From positions 8,177,928 through 8,213,236 of the forward strand of contig JBOZIK010000001.1 of the NCBI GenBank assembly GCA_051453625.1: a DNA stretch of 35,309 bases. Reading direction: 5' to 3'. Made by a program: the position numbers and the translations under genes. Under the pieces are notes generated by a model. It did not search any database and was not told the DNA's origin. It was given only the letters and a program-made list of their open reading frames with translations. The DNA comes from Welwitschia mirabilis (lineage: Eukaryota). Shown piece after piece: positions 12,797 to 24,937 of this stretch. Numbering within the stretch: the first letter of the stretch is position 1; every line of letters starts with the position of its first letter.

Positions 12797-15700
12797 TCCA
12801 TGCCTTTGCTTTTTGTCCGACATTTCCTGCACTTCGCTCTGGCTTTTGTGTGATGTTGTTCTTTTGTTTGTTGTCAATAAGTTTTGCCCCTTTCTCTTTT
12901 CTTAAAACATTATATTTCTCCTATTTAGAATTCACGAAGTGACACAATGAAATTGCTATTTTGTTGACGTTTGTGGATTTCACAATATTGAGGTGGGGGA
13001 AAGTGAGAAAAGGTGATGAAGGAGGAAAATAAAATTTTTCTTACTACTTTGGCTATTGGCCCTTTTCAACATTAGTCCCTTAAAGGTCCGCTAGTTTCTT
13101 AAGGGGTTGTTAGTTCCTTTCAGGTCATTGTTTCCTGCAAGGGCCTAGTATTCTTGATAGATGGAATCATTTGCTTTTGCTTTAAAGATCCACCTTCATT
13201 ACTTTGGTTCTAGCTCTTCAAAAAACAACATTGCATTCTATGTGCTTGATGCCCATAGACTATAAGGTATGATGCTTAAAGTTCCATCATGTTGATACCT
13301 CCTCCAATGTTACATACCTAGCAACTAATCATACCTTTTGTTAGAAGCCTTGTCTTCGCTTCATTGCATGTTTGACCCATGATGTGCTTCCCAGCCTATG
13401 GTCTTATGGGGCATTGAACTATTCTTATGAGGAGGGCATCTACCAGCTAGTTGCGTTCATGAGCAAGTATGATCGATTTCAACTAATGCTATGGTTTGGA
13501 TTTCCTTGATTCTATTCTGCATGTACCTCACAGGCATTTCACATGAGTAGGAGGTCGTCTAGAGTCTTGCATTTTGTGACCTTTGCACAAGTAATGTTTA
13601 GTGTCCCAATAGTGCTACCTTGTAACTGGTAGAGCAAAATAGTTGGACGCATTATACCTTGTTATGGGACATGAGAAGAGGGACGTTTGTGTTTCATTCT
13701 TCATCGAGGAGGACATACAATACTTCATGGGATTCATGATCAAACAAATTCCTCTTCTACCACCAAGTCACTCATCTCCCAATTTGCGACACATATTATC
13801 TTTATTGGTTAGATGTCGAGGAACACTATCAGCTAGACTAGACACCTTACCTCTTTGACCACATATGTGACATAAAGCAGTGCTACTACTTTCTCACTTA
13901 CTGTACAATTTTTGTTAGCAATGCATCTTTACTGTTGACACCTCATTTACACTTGTTGATGTGACCCTTGCACAATGTGTATTGGGCTAAAGTTTCCTTG
14001 AGTACTTTAATGAGGAGCAATCCACGTTTCAACATTTGTTATATAGGACCCTAGGTGATGTACTTGAGAGAGAAGGGGTGGCATCTGCATATCCTTTCAC
14101 TCTTCAAGTGGAGTTGTATTCACTATGGAAGAGGAGGATTTAGAGGAGGATTAGGGGATTCCTAGCGATAGCGATTATAGGAGCCCTCCATCTACTTCTA
14201 GGCATTTTCTAACCAACATGACTTTGGGCCATAGCATGGGCATTAAGATTTATTGAGTGCTATTTTTGTGTTGTCATTGTCTCTACTTAGGTGTTATAGG
14301 TACTTCTTTTTCTTGTAGGGTGGTGTCGATCCTTTTTTAATCACTTCTACTACACCTCGCTTAGATTTGCCTTCCTTATACCCCTTATGCCTACCACAAG
14401 GGCAATTAGTGATGCTTTTGTTTCACTTTTGGGTATTTGTCCCTGGGTCCCCTTCCCTTGCCCCTAAAGTTGGCCTCTTGTATGATCTTCCTCTTGAACC
14501 CTAGTTGTCGCACTAGTTAGAGCTACCAACCCTTTCTTCACCCATCTTGCCTTGCAGCTAGGGATACACTTTCCATCTACTCTCCAGAATTCGGTCCACC
14601 GCCCTCGTTTGGGTACTTGCCTTAGGTCTTCCAGAGTTGTGGCTAGAGGTGCTCCATGGTCATTTCCTACAGTTGGAGAAGAGCTTCCATGCCCTAACTA
14701 TGCATCTACACTACATGTATTGGGATCAAGACTACCACTTTTGCATGCTGTAGGTAATGGCACAGCTGTCATGTGGTGCCAGGTATGGTGTAGTGTGGCT
14801 TTTTCTTCCTCAGTTTGTTTCATGACTTACACTAAAAGTGGAATTCTCCCATCTTTGTTAAACCCCTTTCCTTTCCTGGGGTGTGTGCTTACTAGCTCTC
14901 CTTCACTGCACGTTACAAGGTTTGGAGGAAGAGGCATCAATGTAATATTAGGTGGCACAACATGGAGGGAATGGCAACCCCTTCCCCCTGCAGTCTTCCT
15001 CTTTTTTTGGTCTTTGCTTCTGTCATTCTTCCCTTTTGACTTCCCCTCTTCTAGTGGTGGAGGCTACGTGCTCACAGTAGCTTGGGGAGTTTGATCAGCT
15101 TTAAGAATAACACCCTCAAATCCAAGTGAAAGCTGAACATTGGCATTGAAAGGCAGATAGTATTGTTTGGGGTAGTGTTGTTATGTAGGACCTACACAAT
15201 TTCACATCGTGTTTCATGGATTTGGAGCATTATGGATTCACATTAGGATTGTGGGATCACGGGGGCCTTGAGTTGAAGCTAGAATGTGAGGTTGTTCCAA
15301 TGGAGCAATACATCTTCTCATCTTAGAATCACAGCAATTCTTACACATCAAGGAGGAATGTAAACATATTTATGTACCTGATGAAGCAATATGCATCTCT
15401 TATGTGTAATCCATCCAACAAAGTGTTTTGACATGCTAAATAACTAGTGATTTCAGCACACCAATGGTATTCATCCCTAGAATTAACATGTGAAAGTTTC
15501 TGATCAGGGAATTGATCTAAAATGACTAAAACCTCTTCAGTCTTGACAAATGATCAGCTACAACATTATCTTGTCACTTCTTATTCACAATGGTAATGTC
15601 GAGCCCTTGCAATAATGACCACCCATTTAACATGGTAAAACTGCTTGTGTAAGGAAACATGCATGCAAAATGAAGTATTTGGTTATTTTTAATGAAAATA

Positions 15701-16060
15701 AGAAAAGTGCAATAGGGCTCTCCAAGTTGCAACAACTCAACCACAACAACAGTCTGCAGCAAAGAAACTAACCTAACTATGAATCCTTTCAGGCTAGCCT
15801 TATATGATAAGATTGAAACTGACAGACTTGGGTTATGAAAATGAACACCCAGATTAACCATACTTGTAAGCTTAAAACCGATTAGACATGTAAAAACTGG
15901 AAGGAAAACGATGCCTTGGAAAATTAGGAAGACGAAAAAACATTTCCGCACACCTTTACATCCATGATTTACAACGTATCGAAAGGGTTAGAATTTAAAG
16001 ATGCCCCTTCTGACATCAACAAGTATACCTATTTATTATTACATTACAATATCTTTTCTC

Positions 16061-16088
16061 CTCTCTCTCTCTCTCTATATATATATAT
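16061..16088. repeat. Compound microsatellite (CT)8(AT)6
   Basis: Read directly; lies about 240 bp upstream of the large intron's acceptor. Confidence 0.95.
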
Positions 16089-16328
16089 GTCTCTCTCACA
16101 TTTCATTGAGAGCTGTTTTTGAAGCAAAGTGGACATTTATTTATAGATGCCAGAAACAAGTGAAGGTCTAATAAATGCAAGATCTTTTGAATTTCATTGT
16201 GTAATTTGTTGAACTCTCTTTCTTTTTGCTTTTTATCTTTTAGCTATTCCTCTAATTTTAAATTTGTAAGCGTCACAGGAATGTGATTTGTTAGTTGACA
16301 GAAAAATTTGCAATTGTTTTGTGTAAAG

Positions 16329-16627
16329 AGAATGCACGGGTTATGGTCCTTGCTGCAACAAATAGGCCATGGGAGCTTGATGAAGCTATATTGCGACGAC
16401 TTCCTCAAGCTTTTGAAGTAGGCATGCCGAATGCCAAAGAGAGGGCAAAAATTCTGAAAGTAATCTTGAAGGGTGAAAATGTTGATGATAACATTGATTA
16501 TGACTACATAGCTAGTTTATGTGAGGGATACAGTGGTTCTGATTTAACAGAATTGTGCAAACAAGCAGCATACATTCCAATCAGGGAATTATTAGACCAA
16601 GAAAAGATGGGGCAAGTGAACTCTGAG
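16329..16627 (+). CDS. MSP1: Exon of Msp1/ATAD1-like AAA+ ATPase (sensor 1, arginine finger, AAA lid)
   Basis: Joining C(847) to AG(16329-16330) gives CAG, so the frame reads ...FTTDQNARVMVLAATNRPWELDEAILRRLPQAFEVGMP...CEGYSGSDLTELCKQAAYIPIRE...SE. Acceptor is AAG (16326-16328); donor GTTTGT at 16628. Length 299 = 2 + 99 codons. Confidence 0.9.
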
Positions 16628-16731
16628 GTTTGTACACTGAACATGTCTCATGTCCATTATCGACAACATTGTTTTGCATTCTTTATAAAAGAATTATATC
16701 CATGTTCTCAACTTTGATATTCTGGATTCAG

Positions 16732-16953
16732 ATTCCAAGACCATTAAGACAGTCAGACTTGGAAAACATCTTGTGTAATTCCAGATGTTCCCGTGTTGCT
16801 GCATCTGAATACTCAAGCAGAAAACAGTTTAATCCACTTCATAGAGCAGGTTCTTCAACTGATAATTCAGAGGCTGGGTTATCTGAATTTTTAAAGCTCA
16901 TTTCACTTGTTGGTGGTAGTTGTCACAGAAGAGATTCAGAACCTTCAGATTGA
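16732..16953 (+). CDS. MSP1: Terminal coding exon of Msp1/ATAD1-like AAA+ ATPase
   Basis: Follows a 104-bp phase-0 intron (16628-16731, GT..CAG). Translates IPRPLRQSDLENIL...RVAASEYS...DSEPSD then TGA at 16951-16953. PRPL..DLE and VAA.EYS resemble plant Msp1-like C-termini as I recall them. Confidence 0.82.
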   Translation: MPRPLRQSDLENILCNSRCSRVAASEYSSRKQFNPLHRAGSSTDNSEAGLSEFLKLISLVGGSCHRRDSEPSD

Positions 16954-18558
16954 TATAAAAGTTATTATTTTCTGTCCAAAATGGTTGGCCTGGTTTGTAA
17001 TTGACATGCCTAAAAGCCAAGTACATTATCACCACGTATTTATATTTGTTTGTCATGCTACTATAGGACTCCAATGATACTTGGGGGCACAAGGCCCTGA
17101 AGTGATTATCTTCTTGTTGTACTATGATATCCCAAGCACATTTTTCATTTCGGTGGACATTAATTGTGATCCAGCTGGGACTCATACAGGTTGTACAAGA
17201 GCATCGTGGTTTTCACATGTTTGTGATGCTTCCCTTTTAAATGCTTTTTAATATAGTGTCCTTTATAGGAGGCACGTCTTCATATCATTGAAGGATAACA
17301 TGGCAATGTGTCATTGATTCCCTTCAGAAAGTTTCTATCAATGCACATTCACTTGTATCGAAGAGAGACATACACTACTTATGTAAGCAGTATTTCACTT
17401 GAATTCGGATGCACAACTTTTGAGATGGCAACATGCTTTTTACCAGTAAGTGAAAGTCCAGATATTGATATTTTACGAATAGAGAATTTTATGATGTTTA
17501 CTATCAGATCTCATGAACTGGTGGTTCCTTAAGTTACTGCAGATATTATCACTTTTCCAAACGATCGCAAGTTAGTACAGACCTTAAAAAGCTAAAGCTT
17601 ATGTTTGCTTTATGGCTGATTTAAAAAGTTTGATTGTGATTCTTTCTTACTATTAATCTTTAGGACCGTTCACGAAAAAGACGAAGATCATATGTGAAAG
17701 GCTTAAATCAAGATTATGTCAGTGTTAAAGGAAATGGGAGTAAGAACAATTTATTTACATTAGCATTTTTTTAATGATTTAGATCTATGGTAGGTGCTGA
17801 TTTGCAAGGAGGACTTTCTTTTCGACTTTAGTCCATATTTTGTAGCTGTAAAGTGAACTTTGGGTTGCAGTTCATGGTTTACACTTACGAGTCCATTCTT
17901 ATTCTTTCACTGATTGTAGCATGTCCTCAAGTAACTCTTGTATTACTCTACAGGCAATTAATCTCCTATTCATAAGTCTAGAAATAAAATCAAAATATCG
18001 CGCAGTTTGGGGTAATTCTGTAAAAAAGCTTCAATCTACTATTGTATATTAAGTCAAATTTTCTGTTATCATAGAGAAGTCTCTTCGCTTTTGACTCATG
18101 GGTCCATTGTGTGCTTCTTTCTGGGGGTTTATGGGTTTGTTCGATCATGGCAATTCAGATCATATTAAAAATTTTCTTTTTACATGGAAATTTTATTGAA
18201 AAGAACGTTGTTATTTTTGCTGTTCTTGGCATTTTTTACAGATTACAAATAGCCTTACAAAAACGCAATCCAAGAAGGGAAAAAACTAATTTAATGAAGA
18301 AGCTTTTGTCAAGCTGCATCTTAGATGCATTCGAGACAAAGAATCAATGGCAGAACAGGAAACAACGAGGAGGACTAACGAAGATATGAGTATGTCAAAG
18401 CATGCTTTCAAGTTGTAGACCAATGTGTGACAGCAATCAAGAGGTGCAGAGGGTTGAGGCTAAATCCATTATAGCTGTTCCATCACTGTACTTAACATCT
18501 TTCCTAACTGAGGTTGACTGAAGAGTTGGTTTTACATTTGCTAGCTTATCTACATTTA

Positions 18559-18970
18559 TGTTATATTATGATGCCAATTTTTTTCGTTTTGGATTTTATG
18601 TTTTGTTGTTAACACCTTTATTAAAAGAAAATATTGTTGTGAAAGGTTGTTTTTGAATAAAGTCACTATAGGTTTAGCATGGTCTTTTAAAAGTTTTTGC
18701 GGGGTTTATTTGATACATGTAATTAGAGGGAATATGTTTGGAGTGTTTAGAAGATTTTGCCTTTGCCTTACATCTATCTAACCCTTTGTAAGGTGGTGCT
18801 GGGGCATGGAGTTATTTTGAGCGACTTTTAGTTTGAGGAGTGATTTCGTGTTAGAGTGGCTTAGAGCTGAACCTTGAAGCTCATTGTTGTTTTTTTCTTT
18901 TTCTTTTTAAAGAACCTTTTTATTTCCTTTTCTTGGTCATTTTTGTGAAATAAAGGTTGTGCACGTAAAA
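18559..18970 (+). repeat. 5' LTR of copia-C (interrupted near its 3' end)
   Basis: Shares TGTAATTARAGGGAAT, TACATCTA, CCCTTTGT, TGAGGAGTGATT, TTGAAGC and CAYGTAAA in order with 28943-29352. Similarity stops after CACGTAAAA (~18970). Confidence 0.78.
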
Positions 18971-20049
18971 GTTACAAAGTTACCTATGGATTTCATAAAA
19001 TCTAAATATTCAAATCAAAATCACAGTTTATAGACTTTTTGACTATACTACTTTCCAAGCAGAAGTAGATATCTGCAGCTTTCCAATGCAAGTCTAATAC
19101 CATTTTCCATATTGTTGGAGTAGCGCTTCATAATGAAGAAAGTGGTGCATGTGCCTTAAGTCCCTTAGTGCGTATGACCTCTTTAGCTAGATGTGACTTC
19201 ATTGTTGTTTCTAGTGCCTCCTTCGTTTTGTGTTTGTTTTTATCAGGGTGCCATTCCAACACCAGTCCGATGTGTTCTAGTAATTTGTTCAACCAGGGTG
19301 CTTGGTTGTATCCTTAGTTTTGCGTAGTGATTTACGCACTCCCTTACTGGGGCGAATTTGTCAAAGTGTGGCCCTCCCCTCTTTTCCTTTTCATCTGTTC
19401 CCCCTTTCGTGTAGGAGTCTTTAGAGCTCACTGCTGGAGTTGTCGTTGGACACTGTTTCAGGCTTCTACTCTCTTGGTTCTTTTGCACTGGCGGGTTCCT
19501 CCTTCGGTCTTCCACTAGTAAGGTTTCCCTGCGATCTCTCCTTCTGCTGTCATCCACCCTTGCTCCGGTCTGTTTGTTACTGTGGTCTCTTTATGCCTTT
19601 TCTGCTTGTCTCACCTTCCTTTCCCCTCCTTGCATTCTTCAGTGTTCTTTCGGTTGCCTTCGCTTTATCACTGATGAGAATTATTTTTACGGGAGATCTC
19701 TCTCAATCTCCTCCAGATTGCTATCATCCTTTTGCTATGGTTGCTGTTGTTGTTCCCTGTGCTTCAATCTGTCTTTTGTCTTTCTTTCCTTTCATTTGTT
19801 CCTCCTCCGACCTTACCCTCTTATGCTTTTTGCTGCTCTGCGATTTGCCCACTAAATTAGTTTCAGCTTTCCCTCTTTTTCCCTGAGAGCTTCCTGGGTT
19901 CTGCTTTGCCCCTTTCTGTGCTTCTTGCTGGGAGCGTTTAAGGACCTCAACTGATTTTTGGATTACTTCTGAGTGCCTGCTGAAGATCTTTTCCCTTAAT
20001 TTTCCAGTGGAATATCCTGGGAATTTCACCTTCTGCTCGTCTCTGTGAC

Positions 20050-23000
20050 GCTCGCAGGAAGTTGAAACGTAAGCCTTTAAATTTCAAGTGGTTACCATAT
20101 TAAACCATGTATCTGTCACTAAACTTAGCAACTACATTTCAGAGGCTCTAGAGCTCTGCTTTCCTAACGTGCCCCTTCTTTGCACTTGGCACCTTGCAAT
20201 CGAAAAATTTATCTGCATCATTGTATTCAGTCAATGCCAACAAAGTGAGTTCTCCTGCTGATGCTAGCCCATGGCCTTTGCGATTAGCTCTAGTTTAATC
20301 GTGATTCGTTTCGCCTGAATGATAAGTTTATTGCCTTTCACAAAAAGGTCCAACTTGAAGTCTAGGGATCCCTTCAACGCACTGAGCGACGCCCACCCCG
20401 CATTTTGGATGAACCTCGAAAGTTGTGCATTGCTCCAATGTTGGCTGTGCATTGGTTGGCTCAAAGCGCGGATGCTCCCCCATGTTTGTAAGGGTTGCTT
20501 GNNNNNNNNNNNNNNNNNNNNNNNNNNNNAAGACCTCTTCTGCTGAGGGATCTTTTCCTCTGAAGATCTTCGCGTTTCTTGCTACTCGCATGAACCAAAG
20601 AACCACCTCCTGGTTCTTACTCGCCGTGCGAAACACTTCTTGCCAACTCCCTCATCACTTGAAACCTGCCTACACTAATTTAGCTATCGAGCATTACCAA
20701 AATAGGTGTTCCACAGACTCCACTCCACCTGCCCACAAGCTATACAACATTCCACAATTCAGACTCCCCTCTTCCTTAAGTTGTTTGTTGGTAAAACCTT
20801 TCCCTAAATGATGAACCACTTCCAAACACCATATTTCCCCATTAAACTCCTTTGCGATGTGTCTTGCAAGAGAGGGTCCATACCTTGCTTTGTAATTGGC
20901 AATTGTTTAGTTGTCACTTTTTTATCATCAATCTACCTTTGGCTTGCTCCTCCATCGCAATTCGTTATTTAAATTTCTTAACATGTTTTCTAGCGTAATG
21001 ATTGTGATGTCTATTTCTTCCGTTCTGCTCCTGGGGAAATTCTGCCCACTATAGTTTTTGATCTTTGTACCTGATTGTGTTTCCAATTGCTATTTTGCAA
21101 ACTCGGTATCCTTCTGTTTAGGATTCTTGAGGCTGAAAACAATATGTTACCTACTCCCAACTGTCAGGTGATTTTGTTTTCCAATTCCCTTCTGCCTTCG
21201 TAAAGGGACAGCCAGAAGTGGGAACCCCCAGCTGCACTTCCCTATCTCGATTTTTTTGATCCTTTTTAAAACTTTTGTCCAAGGAGTGAATCCAGTTGCT
21301 TCCACTTTCTTAGTAAGCTTGGCTTGAGCCACAAAAACACTGTCCTTTACATTTTAAATGCCATATCCTCTTGATTCCATAGGTTTTACTATTTCCTTTC
21401 ATGCCACAGCATGAATCCTATATCCTCCTTTGCCTCCTTCCCAGGTGAAGTTGTGAACTATTCTATTTATTGTGTTTTTAAGGCAATACTCCTATTGCCT
21501 CACTTATCTTGCTATCACTGTAAGCATTGGGTTTGCCAAAATTATGTTTGCCGTACTAGATAAGAACATCAAACTCCAACTATTGCATTTTTTTTAACCC
21601 ATGTTTTGGAAGAGATCATTTTAGGTTGCTATATGTTTCTGTTTAAATATTGGGATCCCAGATACAAATCACTCTCCTCTCCTATCTGCACTTCTAAGGT
21701 TCTGTTAATTGCATCTTGCATACTTTTCCATCGGTTAAAGAAATACACACTGCTTTTTGCCCAATTAATTTCCAGCCTTAACTCCTTCCCCAAGTTTCTC
21801 TAGGCTTTGCTTGATAGCTTGAATCTGCTTGCTGTTAGCCTTTAAGAACACCACAGTATCATCTATAAAGTGGTTACATAAAATGTTCATGCCATGGATC
21901 TCCTCCTTCTCTGCTTATGTAGGCTTGAAAACTGTCTAGGGTAATAATAAAAAGATAGGTAAGAGGGGATCCCCTACTGCAGGCCTTTCCCTAGTCTAAA
22001 GAAACCGTAAATATTTGGACTCATCTTTAGGCCAAATTTGGCTGATCTCTGCATTTGCAAGATCAACCTGGTGAAATCTTTTGGGAATCTTTTAGCTTAA
22101 ATGATATGGGTTAGAAAGTTCTATGATATACTTTTGTAAGCCTTTCTGATATCTAGCTTCAGAACACATGCTTGCTTTTTTTGGTCTCTTTAATAGTATG
22201 GAATAATTCATGATTTAGTATTACCTCATGAAGGATGTTCCTGCCTTCCAAAAATCCTACTTGGTTTGAATGCACCATTGATGAAAGGTATGGTCAAATT
22301 CTTCTCAATAAAACTCTCGAGGAGAACCAATGGATAACGTTATAGACTCCGGGTGGCCTGCAATTCTATATATTCATGGCTTTTGTTTCTTTTGGTATCA
22401 CAGTAATGTTTGTATTATTCTAGGCATATGTCGAGTCTCCTTCTTTAAACACCTTGTCACGTCAGAAGCTTCTACTGGTTTTACTATGTGGGGCCAAAAC
22501 TTTTTGAAAAATTCAACTGTTCACCTATTAGACCTTGGACTTTCGCTGAGCTTCATTGTTTTTAACATATTTGAAATTTCATCCTTTTCCACTAGCTTTA
22601 TGAGATTTACCCCATCTTGAGATCTCTGACCATCATAAGAAACTTCCAATTGTCCCTTGTCTTTTCCTAACTGTTGAAGGTTATCAAGGAAGGCTTCATA
22701 AACCATTTATCCTTGAGAAGTCTCTTCTCCCACCATGATTTTGTTTATCTTCTTTTGTTGTCTTGTGCTTTTCTCCTTCCGTTAGCCAGTTTATGCGAGC
22801 TTCTTGTCTCTGATAAATCTCCTCTTGAGTTCTGATTTTGTACAGTTCCACAACTTTTTCCATTCTTCGTCTTGGACATCCTTCCCTTTCTTTTGCTATT
22901 TCTGGATTTCCTTAATCCCCCACTTTAGGTCTTCCTTTTGATTCATTCTCGTCTACTGAGCCCTACTCCAATTTTTTAACTAATTTTTTGTTTCACCTAA

Positions 23001-24700
23001 GTTTTCTGAAGAGCCTTAAAAGGGGTTTCCTTCTCTTGTGTTCTAGGATTTCCTCAAAAGATCTTCCACTTCTTGCTTTTGTAGTTACATATTTTTGAAG
23101 GCAAATTGCACTATTTTGTTTTTCCCCTATCTATTTTGGATAGGATTCTCACCTTTGCTTGCCTTCGATTTGACCACATGAGCTAAGGTTTTCTATAAGG
23201 GTAGGTATGTTAGTTTGCAATTTTTTATAAAATCCTCAAAATCCTGGGCTTCAACTGGGTTACTTCTCCCTTCTTGCTTTTCTCACTTGAATTTAATTTT
23301 GTTAAAATCTTCTATGATTATCCATGTTTTCTTGGAGGTCCTCTACTCTAGTTTTCCCAATAGTCTTATTCTCTCCCCTACTTGATGCGGGTTGTAGACA
23401 TTAATTAGGCACCACTTTTCTCTCTCAAAAATTTGGAGCCACCTTGTACCCTCAGTCTTTTCATACATAATATTCTTTGCAAAAAGGGTTGCCAATTACC
23501 CCATTTATCCAAAACTTTGCTCTCACTCTACCTTCCAAGTTTTTTGTGTCCCTCTAGATCTATCCTTTTGTGTGAATTTCAGGTTCCTTTTTTAGAAGCC
23601 AATTCGTTGGGGCGTCCTTGATGCCCTAAATATTCCAGCTATGATCTTCATTTAACTCATTTTTAGGAGAACTTTTTTGCTATACCAAATGGAGCCTTTT
23701 GTGACCTAGTAGCAATGTTTTAGTTGCCTCTTTTCTAGCTTTTGTGGCATCTGTTAATCTTGCTAACTTATGACCCTTTGTCTCTTTTTTGCTTTCTGAG
23801 TCTGAGTGTGATACACTACTACTCAAGGCTCCAAATCTGTTAAAGATTAGCTTTGCTGCTTGGTATCTCTACCTTTTTTCTATACTACTGGAGGTTCTTT
23901 TGCTCTTCCTTAGTGAGTGCTCAAGCTGGGGTCGTCTCCTTGTACCTTTTGAATTTTCTTATTTTACGATTTTACTGTCATTTCTACCTGTCTCATTCTC
24001 AAAACTGGTTGGAAATCATTGCTATTTTTTTTTGAATCTGGAATCTTCTAACTTACGCCCAAACTTGCCATAGGTATCACATGCCACCTTAATAAATATT
24101 TTCTGGTGGTGTCCTATCCTCCCATAAGTCTCTCTATATGTCCCAATAGTATGTGGAAATCATAGGCATTCACTAAATTTTCATATTCAACTCCCACAAA
24201 TTCGATTCCATAGCTAGGTATTATTTCAACATTTTCCAAGTATCTCATCAACTTTATCTCTATCCAGGTGTAGAATTGAATTAACACCATTCTCATTCCA
24301 TTGAGAGTTATTGAATCTAGCTTGATTAGGTTTTTGAATTGCATTGCTAATTCTTAAATGAAGGTTCAGCTCCATAATGTCAAGTTGATTCTTCTCAGCT
24401 TGTCCAAAATTGGTAGTTTTTGGAAAATTTTTCCAAAATCTTTCCTTGGTTTCTAGCATGCTAAGGTAAGCCCCCTTGTCCCAATGAATTAGGGGCCTCG
24501 TGCCATTGTACTATTTAGGTCTTGCTTGGATGCAAACTCAAAAGAGAACCATTCCTTCTGCTAAGGCTATTACTTGGATTGTCTGAATACTAGTTCACCT
24601 CAAAGATCACATTGAATCCTTTTTCAGGGACTATTCTGCATCTTTTCTGTTGCAAAGCATCCCTCATTAGAATCCTTCACCTAACCTAGCTTTCAAGTCA
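20050..24700 (-). mobile_element. Decayed L1-like LINE (ORF1 DUF4283-like; ORF2 endonuclease, RT, zf-RVT)
   Basis: Minus-strand motifs in LINE order: FSFEF..D..RGP*.I (~24555-24460), TWIEI, NVYNP (~23400), WIIIEDFN (23324-23301), SKIDR (~23135), LDIRKAY (~22150), GLQ*GDPL (~21975), FIDDT (~21860), YLGIP (~21655), ESVEHLF.C (~20710), LWFMRVARNAKIF (~20590). Ends approximate. Confidence 0.9.
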
Positions 24701-24917
24701 TGTTAAATGATTTGTTGAATGCAGATGTTTCATTTCTAAAAATCTAACCCCTACAAGTTGCAATTGCATAAATGTAAAACACTTTTACATACATGAAAAA
24801 TTTGTATGGATGTTGAAAGATGATTATACAAGTGTCTCAAAACTTTTTTGTGTTTTTACTCACTCCACTTACTCGTGACTTTTCAAACACAAGACTAGTC
24901 ATCAATCCTAAAGCTTC

Positions 24918-24937
24918 AAAAAAAAAAAAAAAAAAAA
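24918..24937. repeat. A20 homopolymer
   Basis: Read directly. Confidence 0.9.

Larger units (their letters stand above)
848..16328 (+). other. 15,481-bp phase-1 intron filled with retroelements
   Basis: GTAAGT...AAG boundaries. The flanking exons give a contiguous AAA protein with no missing motif between TTD and NARVMV. Confidence 0.85.

Noticed and set aside
14552..15094. 180-aa ORF as a nested gene
   Set aside because: Non-ATG start, no recognisable domain, and it lies in decayed, repeat-like sequence.
15140..15190. KADSIVWGSVV as a PPR E-domain fragment, or a PPT plus LTR start
   Set aside because: Too short, followed by a stop, and neither reading has flanking support.
15574..15951. 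125-aa minus-strand hydrophobic ORF
   Set aside because: The hydrophobicity follows from T-rich composition; no motif or splice support.
24918..24937. A20 run as the LINE poly(A) tail
   Set aside because: The LINE is on the minus strand, so its tail would be a T-run at the low-coordinate end. This run is beyond its 5' end.
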